Positions 53,701 through 64,000 of a stretch of 64,000 bases of DNA are shown in pieces. A program made the translations under genes and the position numbers. Where the stretch lies: positions 41,294,001-41,358,000 of the forward strand of contig CM119371.1 in the NCBI GenBank assembly GCA_051294905.1. Reading direction: 5' to 3'. The notes under the pieces are model-generated. The model did not search any database, had not been told where the DNA came from, and worked only from the letters and a program-made list of their open reading frames with translations. The DNA comes from Botryllus schlosseri (lineage: Eukaryota). Numbering within the stretch: position 1 is the stretch's first letter; the number at the start of each line of letters is the position of its first letter.

Positions 53701-56700
53701 TCTCAAATCATACGTCTCATTATAGGCTGTATAACTTATCACGTGGAAATCTCCTGTTAGCTGCAATTGTTATGGCATTTTACATTTTCCATTTCCAAAT
53801 TTGGAAATATAAAAATATTGTTTGTTACGATATTACCGTTCTATATCTCTAAAAGCCTACTTTTACTGCAATTGAGTATTCAATAATTGATCATGTGACT
53901 TTATATCCCATTAAAAGAAAACGCTAGACTTAACAAGAGCCCACATTCTCGATCACAATCTCGAATGGTAACATGTGTACGAGCCCAGTCGAACATAGCA
54001 GCATACAGTACCAATTACTCAAGTGTTCAACGCCACGGTTGTTGTTTAGTATTTATAGAGTTTCGGCATCCATAGTCAGTTAACGCTAAACCGATTTTCT
54101 TATTATGATCCCTGAGATGTAGACCCATAGAACAGCCCACTTTCGTTTAAGGCAGCGGTTGCCAGCGTGGGCGATATCTCCCCACATGGGGCGATATTGC
54201 GGTATAGGGGGCGAAAATAGAGAAGGGGCTATAGGGGGCGATGGCGCGTTCAAACGGTTATTTTGGAGTCAAGTCGGAGAAATGACTTTTTTTTTTGTCA
54301 ACTCACGAAAATTTGGCTGTAAAAGTGTAATTGTGAGGTCAAGCTGAAAAGTTGACCTTTTTTATTTGTCAACTCGACGGTGATTACACTTTGTATGCTC
54401 ATTTTCGGTTCCCAATATTTGGGGGCGATGATCGATGTGGAGCTTGAAAAGGGGGCGATTACTCGAAAAAGGTTGGGTACCACTGGTTTAAGGCTTTATA
54501 TGTGACACTGAATATCGATTAGGAGCCTACTTGAAACTTCAGGAATTACGAATGGATTTGCGCTCTTACCTATATAACTATAACCATTGGTTTCACAGTA
54601 GTTTAACGTACCACTACCCTACTAAAGTCACCTTCCAAAGTCAGGGCCGTAAAGTGAAACAAGCTTGTTACCTTGTTTATCTTCACTCTATGTGATTAAT
54701 GATCTAAACCCAAATGCTCTTAAAATGCGAAGCCAAAACGAATTCATTCGTATAGGAAACACGGAAACTCAATTAACCATATAGTTCTGTGTATATATCA
54801 CGCCAAACCTTATTATCAGCGCGTATATTGAGGTCAATGATCAATTTAACATTGATGTGCCCAGATTGCGGGAAAACGCTGATGATGAATCAAATTACCA
54901 CGCAGTAAACATCCAATGTAAAATTGGCTGTGTTTGGCGTGCGGACGCTCTTTGCGTCCTATTATAAATATAATATAAATCATACGTCATCGTTTTAATT
55001 TGCAATTCCATTGTCTTGAAGGACAAAATCAAGTTATTCGATTTCGTATTAAGCTTCGACTCGAACATTTGGGTAACGCTCATTACGCCATCATGACAGA
55101 TTTGTAAAGTTTAAATATGAATATTTAAGCGACTGGGAAGAATACGATCCCAGTTACGCGTCACATTACAAGATATTTCGATATTGTTTTGACCCTACAT
55201 ATTTCATTGCGCATTGTGGGAATGTAGCGTATTCTTCACTGCCTAACAGAAATCTCGGTTCCACGAACGTGCGCTGTTTGCGCTACATGCGTTGAATACT
55301 GTGCTACAACGTTATAGATTTCCCGTTGATGATATAACTGAAACTGGAAAGTGTCGTGTATAATTTCAGTACCTGAAAAGAATAGCGTCTCATTAGACTC
55401 AAATCATTACGATAAATACTGGATTCGCATTCACAACCCAATATAGTCATACGCAATGTTCCCTCTAATTTTTGTGACGAGTGTGCGCTCACTCACCAAA
55501 TCACTGCGCAGACCCTTGGACAATAACAGTGCGTAACGAATAAAAAAAGGCCCTCACTTCAGATTTTTAGTGCTCAACTTGGATTTTCTGTGCGCAGAGA
55601 CCGCGTCAGCACTGCGCATTTGCGCACGTGCGCAGCTTAGAGAAAACATTGGTCATACGATGTAATGTTCTATCTACTCCTATCCGCAATTATATGAACG
55701 GCGGAACAGTAAACAAGTTCGTAATAAGCTACACTTATCATTCACGCACCGCACAGTGTGGAAATGCTTATTGCTCTGTGTCTGACTCGAACAACTAGAT
55801 AATTCCAATTGTTTAACTAGTCTAATTAGAGCGAAACGTTGGCAATGTAATTTTAGTCTAATTTTTCAGATGTTTCTATGCTCTAATTTTAATTCTAATC
55901 TAATTTCTGGTTTCCTGAAAATGTTACAGGAAAACTATATAGTGAGATTTCATCCGAGGTTGCTGTAAAGACATTTGCAATTCCTATCAACTCTGGCTCG
56001 ATATGAACTGAACCTGATTCTTGTCTATCTCATTCGGAACTGGATTCAATTTTCAAGTTTTTGCGAATTCATTAAGTCTAATTTAATTGGAAAGAGCTGC
56101 AAATTCTTTAGTTTCTCTACTTTGCTCAGTATGGACGACTGATTTTTCGTAATAACACCTTCCAATTTAATTCCAGCTTAGTCGCCAAGCCGGTAAAGAC
56201 CCAGAATTGAAGAATCAGCTAATCCGAGTGTTTCTGATATCGAGTTTGCTGGGCGTGACTTGGATGTTCGCCGTTCCTCTCACGCTTTCAGAAGACGAGA
56301 TCGTAAACGAAACATTCAGCTGGCTATTCTCCATCGGAAACGCATTCCAGGTATACATATACATTAGGGTTATGACTAAAAAAATAAAATCGCCTGTAGC
56401 AGGAATTGATGAGCATTTTGGTATAAATTTAAAAAATTATAATCATTTTGTTCAAATCGAAAAAAATGTCCCGCACAAACCAAATTTTCGACACTGGTTC
56501 AAATATAGAAAAAATTTACAATTCAAAGGTATTCTTTGCTGCAAATTTAATCTTCATATATATGTCATTTTGTACTTCTGGTAAAGTTCATCCATCAATT
56601 TGACTTCTCTCTCTGTTATTATGTTAGTGCCAGGGACATCTACAACGGATATATCCGACTTCCAATGGGATTATAAGGCATTTTGACGCTGCAGGACATT

Positions 56701-59700
56701 CGAGTGCAAAACTAGCAGCAAATAATCTTTGGTATACTCTAGAGCCCGATCGATATTGGATTTTTGGGTCGATACCGATAAAACCGATATCTCACACCGT
56801 GACCGAGAACCCCAATACATTCAGCCGATATTCAAAAGAAGTTGGATATAGGCTACATAAGCACATTTTCAAAGCTTCAGAGCATTTATTTGAACATCTT
56901 TACAGCCATTGTTATATTTGAACTTGAAATAAACTAGAAAGGCTACATCTGGACACCTGTTAAGTGTAAGCTTGTGACATATATCAATCTTCTCAATCTA
57001 GCGGTCAAAGATGATAGTTTTCTGACTTCCTACCGCCATGTTGTGACGTCACGAGAATTGCCGATAATTTTTCAGCTTCAATGGCTGATACCGATAATTC
57101 TGTCGAAGTGTGATATCGTCCCGAACGATAAACGGTCGGGCTCCAGTAAATTCCATCTATGGGCATCTGGTTAGAATACCATGCTTCCTGACACGCATTT
57201 GCGAGGAATAAGCATGATATCTCAAGAGTTACTCTCCATCTGGGGACTTGGAAGTACGGAATTATAGCCCTTGAGCTCCATCTCGCATTGCGTAGAGTTG
57301 CAAGTTTATGCCATTTGATTAGTGGTAATCTACTATTTTCTCTGAAAAAGCGGCATGCTCTGCACAGCACATAGATAAACTTAAAATCATTCCTTCATCC
57401 TCGGTTTTCTAATATTTTCATTTCAAATCATGGCTTGATGGATTGTACCAAGTTTTCGTAGTATTTTACCATATCATCTCCAAATTTGTAGCTGAGAGTT
57501 GGATTTGTTGAGGATGTTGGATTGAACAACTCTGATATATGTTTTAAGAATCGATAATAATATGTTGGCAACCAATGTATTGTGGTTTATGAAAACCATT
57601 GCTCATCACTGCAATTTGTAGTTTCACAACAACGCCATTCCGCCGCGCAGTATCAACAGATGCTGAGACACATATGATATGACATTTTCAAAGTTTCATC
57701 ATATTCCTCTAATCGGTTTTCTAGACCGCTGAAAATATGTTGAGTTGTTCTACTTTCGCCTTTTCGAACAACCAGTTCGATTTGTGTCAGACAAATAGAA
57801 ATTATACGATCTATACAGTCTACATCTAAAATCGAAATTAATAATTATTTATTAATTATTTAATTTTTACTTTAAGCAAGAAAACGATAGTAATAATTCA
57901 ATATGAGCGATCAAAATCTACCAAAATACTATTTTAAATCTTCACAATTGGAATTGTGTCAGTTAGATTCAAATCAGTCGGTATATATCTTATATAGTCT
58001 GTATGTACAAAAAAAAGCCTATCCTTCATACCGTGAAAACTGGAAAAATTTTGTGCGGGAGGTTTTTGTTTAACCAGTCCTAACTTTTGGTAATTTTGCT
58101 ATCAGGACACAAAAGTTCATCGTTTGCGACTACAGGACACACACAATTTTGAATTTTATTTTCTAGTCATAACCCTAATATACATAGAGTAGAGAGCTAC
58201 GGATCAATCAATCAATCAATCATTTATTTTGTCACACCAGTGAAAATCCGGTACGGACCAGGATGACGACGAGGGGCCGCATGGCCTTAGTACACAGTCG
58301 CCACCTGTAGGAGTATAACACATTACAATCATTGGCGCATAACAAATGAAAATGAATATACAAAACTACAAGAAATGTAGAGATAAATTTTTACAAGGAT
58401 ACATCGCGCTACATAAATAGGCCCAATACAATGCAGAACTGAGTCTGCATCAGTTGCAAATCTCACGGAACTTAACAACACAAGACAGTAATTTCATTAT
58501 CGGCATTTAGTCAGTACACTCATCTAATATATATTTCCGAAAACGTTTTTTAAATAGATGGTCGGGCAGATCTCTGAGGTCTACTGGTAGAGAGTTCCAG
58601 GTAGCGGCACCACTATAATAGAAACTTCTCTGGGTGGACGATTTAGATACAAGCGGAAGTGAGAACCCATTTGATGAGGCAGAACGAGTGAAGTGCGAAT
58701 GTACCGAGGTAAAAGTAGTGAAGTGTTTGTCAAAGAATGGTCTATCATGGTTTTTAGGGATACGGATCCAATCATGTTTGATAAAATGGAATCCAGATCC
58801 AACCCGGATCCTGTTTCCATCGTTAATGCTAAAATCTGGATCCGAAATAATCCTGCCCCGATCTGATGGCATCCAATGACCCCTTAGTCGATATTTTTTA
58901 AATTGTACCTCGGCAATGCGTGGGAGTTTGCTATCAAGGGTTCGTCGAGTTTGTGGTGCAATGCAAAAACTAGCCGGGTCGAAGTTCACACAAAACATTG
59001 ATGTAAATTGTAAACAATCGAAAAGACACTTTAAAGTGAATTCATGAACTAGAAATTTTGAATCCTATCCGGACTCGGCACTCGGGCAAGAAATGTACAT
59101 CCGGATCCGATACTATTAATGAAAAACATGCCGGATTCCTGTCAGGTTAGAATCCAAAATACTGATCCTGTACATCTTTAACATAGAGTCGAGATATGTC
59201 CGAGTCATGTGCTGCTTACACCGTTTTGTGACTAAATAGATGGGTCAATAACGAAGTATTTCTATATTTCTTTTGAAAAATCCAACTAAACTGGTCATGT
59301 TTGAGGACTACTTGCGCTTCCTCTTAAAAGGTTTTTAAGCAAAACCACTTACTTCTTACCATTTAGATTTCCAAAAGTAAAAATGAATTTTGGGTCAGTC
59401 TTCATCACTTTCACGATTGAAATTGTCGTAGGAAACGCGTGAAATAGCTCCTGCGAATGAAACGCAGTTACCTCTTATTCCAGGTGAACACTCATGGTAC
59501 TGATGTCTATTGCAGGGTATTATTTTCTTCACCCTGTTCTGTTTGCGTCGAAATAACGTGAAGCAGTTGTGGATAGCTCAATTCGGCGTCTGTTGCAAGT
59601 ACGACATAATAAAAAAGTCGAAATCAGGTAACTGCATCTAGTGTGTACCGCTTCTACGCTTGTCCTGGAACCTTCAAAGTCAAGCTATATTACTCGGAAT

Positions 59701-60812
59701 TTTAAGATTTCCTCGTGACTTTAATGCGGCTGTGTCGCATTTGCTACCGACTCATCCATAGGCAATTTAGCGTTGTTTAAACGTAACTTTTGTCATATAT
59801 TACTGATACTAATTACAATTCACTATTTATACTTACTGATACCAACGTGTTTGTTTGTTTGTTTTTGGGGTATTCATGGTGTTTGTCGACTGCTATGGTC
59901 ATTTTACACCAGGCCGATATTCTTATTATTTTTCCGTAACTGCCGACTTATAGCACGGCCCACCTCTAGGATTTTTGTAAGACACCGCTGACGCGGATGA
60001 GGTGGCGAGGAGGAGCCTAGGTAAACCTCCAACACTTAGGTATCGGAATTCGGAAGTCGACCTCGGTCGGACTCGAACACGCACCCATTGGTGTTGCAGC
60101 CGCGGGATACCAACGTGAATATTAATATTATTTGTCTAATTCTGTTAGGTTGTCTATAAAAAAGTCGCTGCACATCGAATTAGGTTCCCTTTCAACCGGT
60201 AGGTGTGCAGTTGCATGGGTAAAAAATGGATTTGTTCAAATAAAAAAAAAACTTTTAATGGCTACCGCATGAGAGCGATGCGAAAGGAATTTGGCTAAAT
60301 AGCAACCCGTAGAAGTGAAGTTATTGTATTTGAAAAATATATTATTTACGGTTGCAAATACTATCATTTAGCTATGGTACTCCAATGACTTCGCCATATG
60401 AGTCAAATTTACGTCGATTCTACGTGTACGAATACGTCGATTTTTTTGGACAATGCAAAACTTTATGGGGTATCAAGAAAAATTTGAAAAATGTTATTCT
60501 TTTAAAATAAATACTCGTCGCTTCGCTTCTACCGGTTGAAATGAGTCAAATACGATATGCAGCGTTTTATTCACGCAACCTAACAAACTAATCAAATAAC
60601 CGGTAAAATTTTAATAAACAAGTTATTTTTGAACAGACTTACCAGCGCATTTCGGATCATTGATTAGTATTATATTATTTATTTCATTTTACATCCATCT
60701 TAAAAACCGATATCCTTGTCCAGCTACTTCGTCGACATACGACACGGGCGGGGGAACCCTTCCGTCAACAGCACCTTCCCAAAGCACGATCAGAGTGAAA
60801 AAAGGTAATTGA
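41765..60812 (+). CDS. Adhesion G protein-coupled receptor (signal peptide, Thr-rich stalk, SEA, Cys-containing HRM-like region, GAIN/GPS, 7TM), about 944 aa; exons 41765-42230, 43264-43566, 43932-44057, 46002-46111, 47600-47758, 48119-48310, 50352-50558, 50910-51023, 51087-51245, 51324-51433, 51734-51928, 52770-52927, 53487-53647, 56177-56350, 59516-59627, 60724-60812
   Basis: All junctions are GT-AG and phase-compatible (2835 nt). SEA: Y..EY.N.SS.EF..VKKITQGSVVV. GPS: CTFLD..WEYSGC..CSCNHATNFAVL. TMs: IGCTLSIVGLLLMIVTY, IHLHLCSSLL, LSAWGWMITE, CWL..FLVPVGIM..N, LLGVTWMF, NAFQGIIFF. The last exon and stop are less certain. Confidence 0.92.
42077..42172 (+). repeat. Coding 24-bp tandem repeat x4 (SGLTTPxP)
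   Basis: AGTGGGCTTACCACACCCACACCT-like unit repeated four times in the Thr-rich exon. Confidence 0.9.
44481..45036. mobile_element. Family A hAT MITE
   Basis: CAGGGTTGTGTTTAAAACAAA / TTTGTTTTAAATGCAACCCTA; TSD GAGACAAA/GAGACAAC. Confidence 0.85.
45180..45213 (-). ncRNA. Minimal type-I hammerhead ribozyme motif, intact core (copy H3)
   Basis: accc-CTGACGA-g-tgtcagc-c-GAAA-atgt-TC-gggt; stem I ACCC/GGGT, UUC cleavage triplet. Confidence 0.72.
45405..45438 (+). ncRNA. Minimal type-I hammerhead ribozyme motif, intact core (copy H4)
   Basis: acct-CTGATGA-g-tgtcaag-c-GAAA-atat-TC-gggt; palindromic stem III AATATT. Confidence 0.75.
46623..47181. mobile_element. hAT-like MITE with CAGGGTTG termini and GAGTC arrays (relative at 51972-52642)
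   Basis: CAGGGTTGTAA / TTACAACCCTG; TSD GAACACGC/AAACACGC. Confidence 0.8.
48422..48800. mobile_element. hAT MITE with CAGTGGTT termini
   Basis: TSD CGCTATAT/TGCTATAT. Confidence 0.8.
48832..50120. mobile_element. Long family B hAT element
   Basis: TATGGTTACCAC / TATGGTAACCCTA; TSD GATAAAAC/GAGAAAAC; AAAAGAGGAC motifs near both ends. Confidence 0.75.
54153..54485. mobile_element. hAT MITE with GGGGGCGA repeats (opposite-orientation copy 62408-62760)
   Basis: Exact TSD GTTTAAGG; second copy TSD GTCTAGTT/GTCTAGCT. Confidence 0.85.
56365..58177. mobile_element. hAT-type element with a probable decayed transposase fragment and a nested MITE
   Basis: TAGGGTTATGACTA / TAGTCATAACCCTA; exact TSD ATATACAT; minus-strand LPLIKWHKLATLRNARWSSRAI looks transposase-like (from recall, not searched). 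Confidence 0.8.
58203..58740 (-). mobile_element. CR1/L2-group LINE 3' fragment, inside a GGATC-rich MITE (about 58190-59179, TSD ACATAGAG)
   Basis: HSHFTRSA..QRSFYYSGAATWNSLPVDLR..FKKRFRKYIL, then 3' UTR ending AATAAA-(TGAT)n. Confidence 0.8.
59850..60105 (-). mobile_element. S1 SINE, slightly 5'-truncated (another copy at about 61322-61565, +)
   Basis: Exact 12-bp TSD GATACCAACGTG; (CAAA)n tail. Confidence 0.85.
60149..60580. mobile_element. MITE with about 55-bp imperfect TIRs, possibly PIF/Harbinger-type
   Basis: TTA|GGTTG..TTTCAACCGGTAG at left and CTACCGGTTGAAA..CAACC|TAA at right. Confidence 0.55.
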
Positions 60813-63800
60813 CCTTGATCGCAGTATTATGATATAGGTAGAACTAACGGGATTTCGTCACGTTTAGATGAAATGGACATGACAAGTTTACAATCCGGAT
60901 GAGGATTGCCAGTAATCCCTCAAGCAAGATGGGAGATGTACAGCAAAATGACACAATGCAGCATAGTTTTAAAATAAGCTCCGTCCCTCATCGGGACTGT
61001 TCCGGTCAGCGGCACCATGTTACATTCTTCTTTCAGAAATATAGATCTTCGCTTTCTAGCTGAGTAGTAGCATATACGTGATTTCAACATCGCTATAGCA
61101 TTACTAGTATTTTTTGTTAAAAATAAGATTGTAGGATAAACACTTGCAAACCACTGGTGCACTAGTTATCTGTATTCGAAAGCTCATATTTTCATGAATT
61201 TTTGCCATTGAAGCGTCATAGCCCCTTGAGGTCTTCGACTTGTATAATGCGACGCCATATTTTTGTTTGCCTGTCGATGGAATCGTGACATTACAACATT
61301 GATGAAATACTTTGCCCTCCAAGTGGCGAGATAGCGCAGTGGTACGATCCACAGCTGCAACATCAATAGGTGGCTGGTTCGAGTCCGACCGAAATCTATT
61401 TTCCTTCTCGCCATCTGATCCCCGTAAGCGGTGTTCTAAAAAGCCTAAAAGTGGACCTTGCCACAAATCGGCAGTCGCGAAATCATAACAAATGTTATCG
61501 GCATGGTGTAAATGACCACTGCTCTCGCAAAACACCATTGGTACTACGAACAACAACAACAACAACTTTCCCCCTTCAATGTTTTCATCATGCCTACGAC
61601 AGCTCATTATCAGAGTAATAGTACTGCAGTATAACTTTTGTATAGTACGATGCGTTCAAGTATTGCTAAACCGATAGCCCACCTTTGTAAACTTACATAA
61701 AAACACGCTTCCATCGTCAGTGTCCTCGAAAAACTCGCAGTAGGACCATAGTGCTACAGGTATATACTTATATAGGCATGGTTCTCGGTATGGTATGGTT
61801 ATTGTGAACACGCGCGAACTAGAATATAATTCCGGCATTCATCAAATCACAGCGATGTCATCATTTTGTTCAACATCAAATACAACGAATTGCATTTCGC
61901 ACTGTTCATTGATATTCGATATTTTGATTTCGCACTTGGTATGAAATATATATACTCGATTCTCGTCTCTCTCTCTCTCCATATCAGATTTCAGCTTACT
62001 AGTCATTATCGAATAATTGTTATATGTTTCAGTTCGACGATAATAATAATTAGGGATGATGTGAACCTCTGGAAAGGTTCAGGTTCGTGTGAACGCGAAC
62101 CTTTTTGCAAGCAGTAGCTAAAACCTCTGTAAAAACGCGATGTAAGATTTTCCCGAGTTGTGCAATATTTCACGTTGGTATGGTTGCGTCACAGAAGATT
62201 CACAACACTGGACAAATAGATTAACTGGTGAGATTGGCCAACTACGCTATATGTATACTTGGACCAATAATTAATAATGCGGTGGATTTGAGTAAACTAA
62301 GCAATTGAGGAGCCAGGTGGTACGCAGCATAGTATAAAAAATGAAAGTGGTAAGCGATCTGGAAAGTTTGAGAAACACTAGAATAGATGAAGCAATATGG
62401 TCTAGTTCAGTGGTTCCCAACCTTTTTCGACCCATCGCCCCCTTTTCAAGGTCAACACCGATCATCGCCCCCCAAATTTTGTGTACCGAAAATTGGGCAT
62501 ACAAACTGTAATCACCGGCGGGTTGACTAAAAAAAAAAAAGATCAAATTTTCGGCTAAATGTCTAATTTGACACACTTTTTGTAACTAAATTTCCGTGGG
62601 TTGACTAAAAAAAAAAGGTCAGCCGTTTTGACGCGTCATCAGCCCCCTATCGCCCCCTTTGTCCATTTTCGTCCCCCTGTCGCCCCCTTCGTCATTTTCG
62701 CCCCCCTAGACCGCCAAATCGCCCCCTGGGGGGCGATATCGCCCACGTTGGGAACCACTGGTCTAGCTGGTGCTGCAAGAGCTTGCTGCGAAATAAAATC
62801 GGTTATAACAAGGAGTCTTCGAGTGAAAATGTGTGCGCTTGTGCGTCTGTCACAGCTACTTCTACAAGTGATGCTGCGGCCCAAATACACAGATTTGACG
62901 GCACGATGCATAGGCTATCGTGTATCGATACCGGTACTCAACACAAGCCGGTTGCAGATCATGTTGTTGTTGTCTTCAAAATGAAGAAGAATAACTAGGG
63001 AGACGTGCATGCAGTATGCATAATTACATAACTACATTAATTCTAGAGAAGGTGCAATTGTGTGAGTCCTTCACCGTTTCAAGTGGATGAAATCGTAACT
63101 TCACGGCTCATAGGGCACGCCGAGCCTTCTGAAGCTATACCAGCGTAATACTACCACAACACATTAGGCGCTGTGCCAAGCAACATACGTCAGACCAGTG
63201 CTTTTCAACCTGTGTGACGGTTCGCACTGGTGCGTTCATTAAATTTGATCACGCATTTCTAGAGTTGTTATCCCAATCTTACCTCCAACCTTAGCCAAAT
63301 ATATCGGGGCCGGAAACTTTTCTCCCCCTAATGTTCATCAAATGTAATCAAAGAGATTTTGAGCAAGTGAAAATGTAAATGCGATCCTGAATTTTGTAAT
63401 TCGTAGTTATCAGGAGCGACCATTAAAAACCAAAAGTTTTTTATGTGTTTGTATTTTTCAGTAGGCATGATTGGGGCTGGGCAAAATCGAGTATCTGAGT
63501 GATTCGATTCGGAATCACGTATTACGCTTCGAGTCGAGTCGAGTATTCGAGTATCACTCATTATGACGTCACTACAGAATGTACTATGTCATAGGTAAAA
63601 TATGTACATTTTATGCCAACGCAAAGAACATAATGCCTGTTATCCGTCACATTAAAGATACTTTTGTATTTTCTCGATCATACTGATTTCATTGCACTTC
63701 TTGACAATGTTGTGGGATGATCATGACTTCGAATATGTGGTATTTCCCGTAACGTTCGTAGTTTTGTACCATATCTCCTATGCTGCGACACGGCCAATCA

Positions 63801-64000
63801 AGGTTTCAAGGCTTCCTCAGTGGAAAATAGTATCAAAACTATAATTCTCGTTTGTAAAAAACTTTCAGTGCGAAAAGCGTATAATTTCAGTACTCGAAAA
63901 AATCGTCTTTTACTACTCGACTCGAATCATTAAAATCAATACTCGATTCTGATTCGAGTACTCGAATCATTGTGCCCAGCCCTACTCATGATCAGGCATA

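Noticed and set aside
58507..58998. 163-aa ORF as a host gene
   Set aside because: Chimera of MITE sequence and a LINE ORF2 C-terminus.
60804..60812. Definite end of the GPCR coding sequence
   Set aside because: AAG|GTAATT could be a donor to a further exon; the stop at 60810-60812 is provisional.

Overview
Eukaryotic, AT-rich, intron-containing animal DNA; an invertebrate deuterostome such as a tunicate is a guess, not shown. The window holds four reconstructable host coding units. (1) A signal-peptide exon plus a VWA exon (227-5552, +). (2) A 3-exon PLAC8/cornifelin-family gene (8837-10826, -). (3) A paralogous signal-peptide exon followed by LDLa-VWA-LDLa-LDLa exons (21878-36947, +) with no stop exon found. 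(4) A 16-exon adhesion GPCR with signal peptide, Thr-rich stalk, SEA, GAIN/GPS and 7TM (41765-60812, +). All extracellular modules join in intron phase 1, so units 1, 3 and 4 may be one adhesion-GPCR locus with three alternative signal-peptide first exons. The introns are dense with mobile DNA: a young Kolobok derivative (TTAA TSD, 328-bp TIRs, intact P2X7-ballast-like KolX gene, deleted transposase), an inverted Penelope-like remnant, a short repeat family carrying minimal hammerhead ribozyme motifs, many hAT MITEs with 8-bp TSDs, tRNA-derived SINEs and a CR1/L2-group 3' fragment. Exon models and repeat alignments were read by eye and need RNA-seq and database confirmation.
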